From assembly GCA_047967505.1 (NCBI GenBank), contig CM106538.1: a stretch of 64,000 nt of DNA; one strand, written 5' to 3'. Below the pieces are notes generated by a model. It saw only the letters and a program-made list of their open reading frames with translations. It was not told the DNA's origin and searched no databases. Positions 62,557-64,000 of this stretch are shown here, one piece after another (position 1 is the first letter of the stretch; every line of letters starts with the position of its first letter). Both the position numbers and the translations under genes were made by a program. This stretch comes from Dipteris shenzhenensis. Taxonomy: Eukaryota.

Positions 62557-64000
62557 TGTTGGGATATCTCAAGGTGTATGCCTCAGGCACACCTTATGTT
62601 TCTATGTGTGAATGCTAGAGGCACAGTTAGGTGCCCACAAGCACAGTTAGGTGGTGGAAAAGCCACATAGGATGATTGAGTGAATCTAGGAGCAGATTGA
62701 GGAGATGATTCTGGAGCTTTGAGGTCATCAGTGATGTCAGTGACCTTGTATGAGGTGCCTACTTAAGGACCTCTTTCTTCTTCATTCTATATGCAAGTAT
62801 TCTGATTTTGTGTCCACTCTACTCTTTCCTTTCAGTGTTCCAACATGGTATCAGAGCCATTTGATCCCCCTTGAGCCCATTTTTGCCACATCATCATCTT
62901 CTTCCTCTTCTTCTTCTTCACCATCTCTCCCTCTTCTTCCAAAAATTTGCTTGAGCTTGTTCTCCTCTGATTCTCACCCATTTCCCACGCCCTTCTACTG
63001 GAGATCCCTCTTGTTGGGGCGAGTTTACGGCTGCAAGCAATTGAAGAATAATACGCGCTGCTGGTCGCCATTGCACGAAAATCATCGATTCTTCTTCCTG
63101 TGATTTCTCTGCGCCTGCTTCGTCTTTGTCTAATTCCTTCCAGGGCAAGCTTCTCCATACCTAGAGCTACCTTGTGCTGAAATCTGAGTAGCAATGGCTG
63201 CATATTGAAGGAGAAAACAGAGAAAAACCAGTCGACTTTGTTCAAGAAGGTGAAGGCGACCTGACGCATATTTTCGCCTCTTCTTCCCAGAGGATCTACT
63301 GTGGTATACCAGCTTTCTTTTGCCTCATAAATCCCCCTTTCTTTTGATTTGAAGAGTGTGATATGAGCCCTCCAAGTTCAGCTCTCTAGTTTTGACAGTT
63401 TTGACATACTTTTGAAAATGATGCTACATAAAATGCTACTCTAGCATTTCTGGTCTTTTGAAGTTTTCAATAACTTCACTACAAGTGTTGCTTCAGTTTT
63501 GTTTTGACTTGCTAGACCTGGTTGTGATTGGAAAGTGTTTATTTCATCCACTTCTATGAAGCATGCAAAAAGTAGCATCATTGTTTGAAAACTAGTCACT
63601 ACTATTTGCTACATCAAGTGCTCATACTTTGGAAGCATTTCAATTATTTTTGCCTTGTAAGAGAGATAGACACTGCCCAATATCTGGGTTAGACCCTCTC
63701 ATGGCTACCTTATATAATCTTGAGAAGTTCAATGGAAAGGGCTTCCATACATGGCAAATGAAGGTAAAATTTGCATTGATGCGGGAGAACTTATGGGGAC
63801 TTGTCAAACCTACTCCTACCGCTTCTTCTACGGCCTCAAATGCTAGACAATCTTCAACTCCGACACGACCGGCAAGGGATCCAGCAAGAGAAGAAAAAGC
63901 ATATGGTCTAATTGCTTTAGCTTTGGGTGATGATTACATACATCATATATCTGACTTGGAGTCTCCATCGGAAGCATGGCAGAAGCTAGACTTGATTTTT
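62557..64000 (+). mobile_element. LTR retrotransposon C (same family as A), truncated by the window end
   Basis: LTR at 62557-62845 similar to A's LTRs, PBS TGGTATCAGAGCC at 62846, leader homologous to A and B. Confidence 0.9.
63701..64000 (+). CDS. gag: Gag N-terminus, open to the window end
   Basis: MATLYNLEKFNGKGFHTWQMKVKFALMRENLWGLVKP, homologous to the gag of elements A and B. Confidence 0.88.
   Translation, partial: MATLYNLEKFNGKGFHTWQMKVKFALMRENLWGLVKPTPTASSTASNARQSSTPTRPARDPAREEKAYGLIALALGDDYIHHISDLESPSEAWQKLDLIF

Overview
This is a repeat-dense eukaryotic window, most likely from a land plant. Plant-type Copia, Tat-like Gypsy and CACTA elements with GT-AG introns point that way; a fern or other non-angiosperm is only a guess. 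1-31.4 kb is a complex satellite: a ~460-bp monomer built from three ~150-160-bp subunits, shuffled and locally inverted. Two Copia elements interrupt it. The degenerate + strand element (10247-19475) had its 5' LTR tandemly re-duplicated together with flanking satellite, and its gag carries a MULE-like insert. The near-intact - strand element spans 21684-29397. Next come a decayed ~3-kb ORF of unknown function, a polypurine/palindrome array, and a CACTA element starting at 37054. The CACTA's intron-containing transposase hosts two gag-only LTR elements and a Tat-like Gypsy, and the Gypsy is broken by an inversion with ~120-bp duplicated breakpoints. The most interesting region is 57.6-62.6 kb on the - strand. 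It is a spliced, mildly pseudogenised locus that joins, through two in-frame GT-AG introns, a ParB/Srx-like domain, a beta-class (N6A/N4C-type) DNA methyltransferase-like domain and an FCP1/NIF HAD phosphatase-like domain. A compact SET domain follows immediately. A third gag-carrying LTR element cuts off its 5' end. All domain calls come from reading motifs by eye; no database searches were run.
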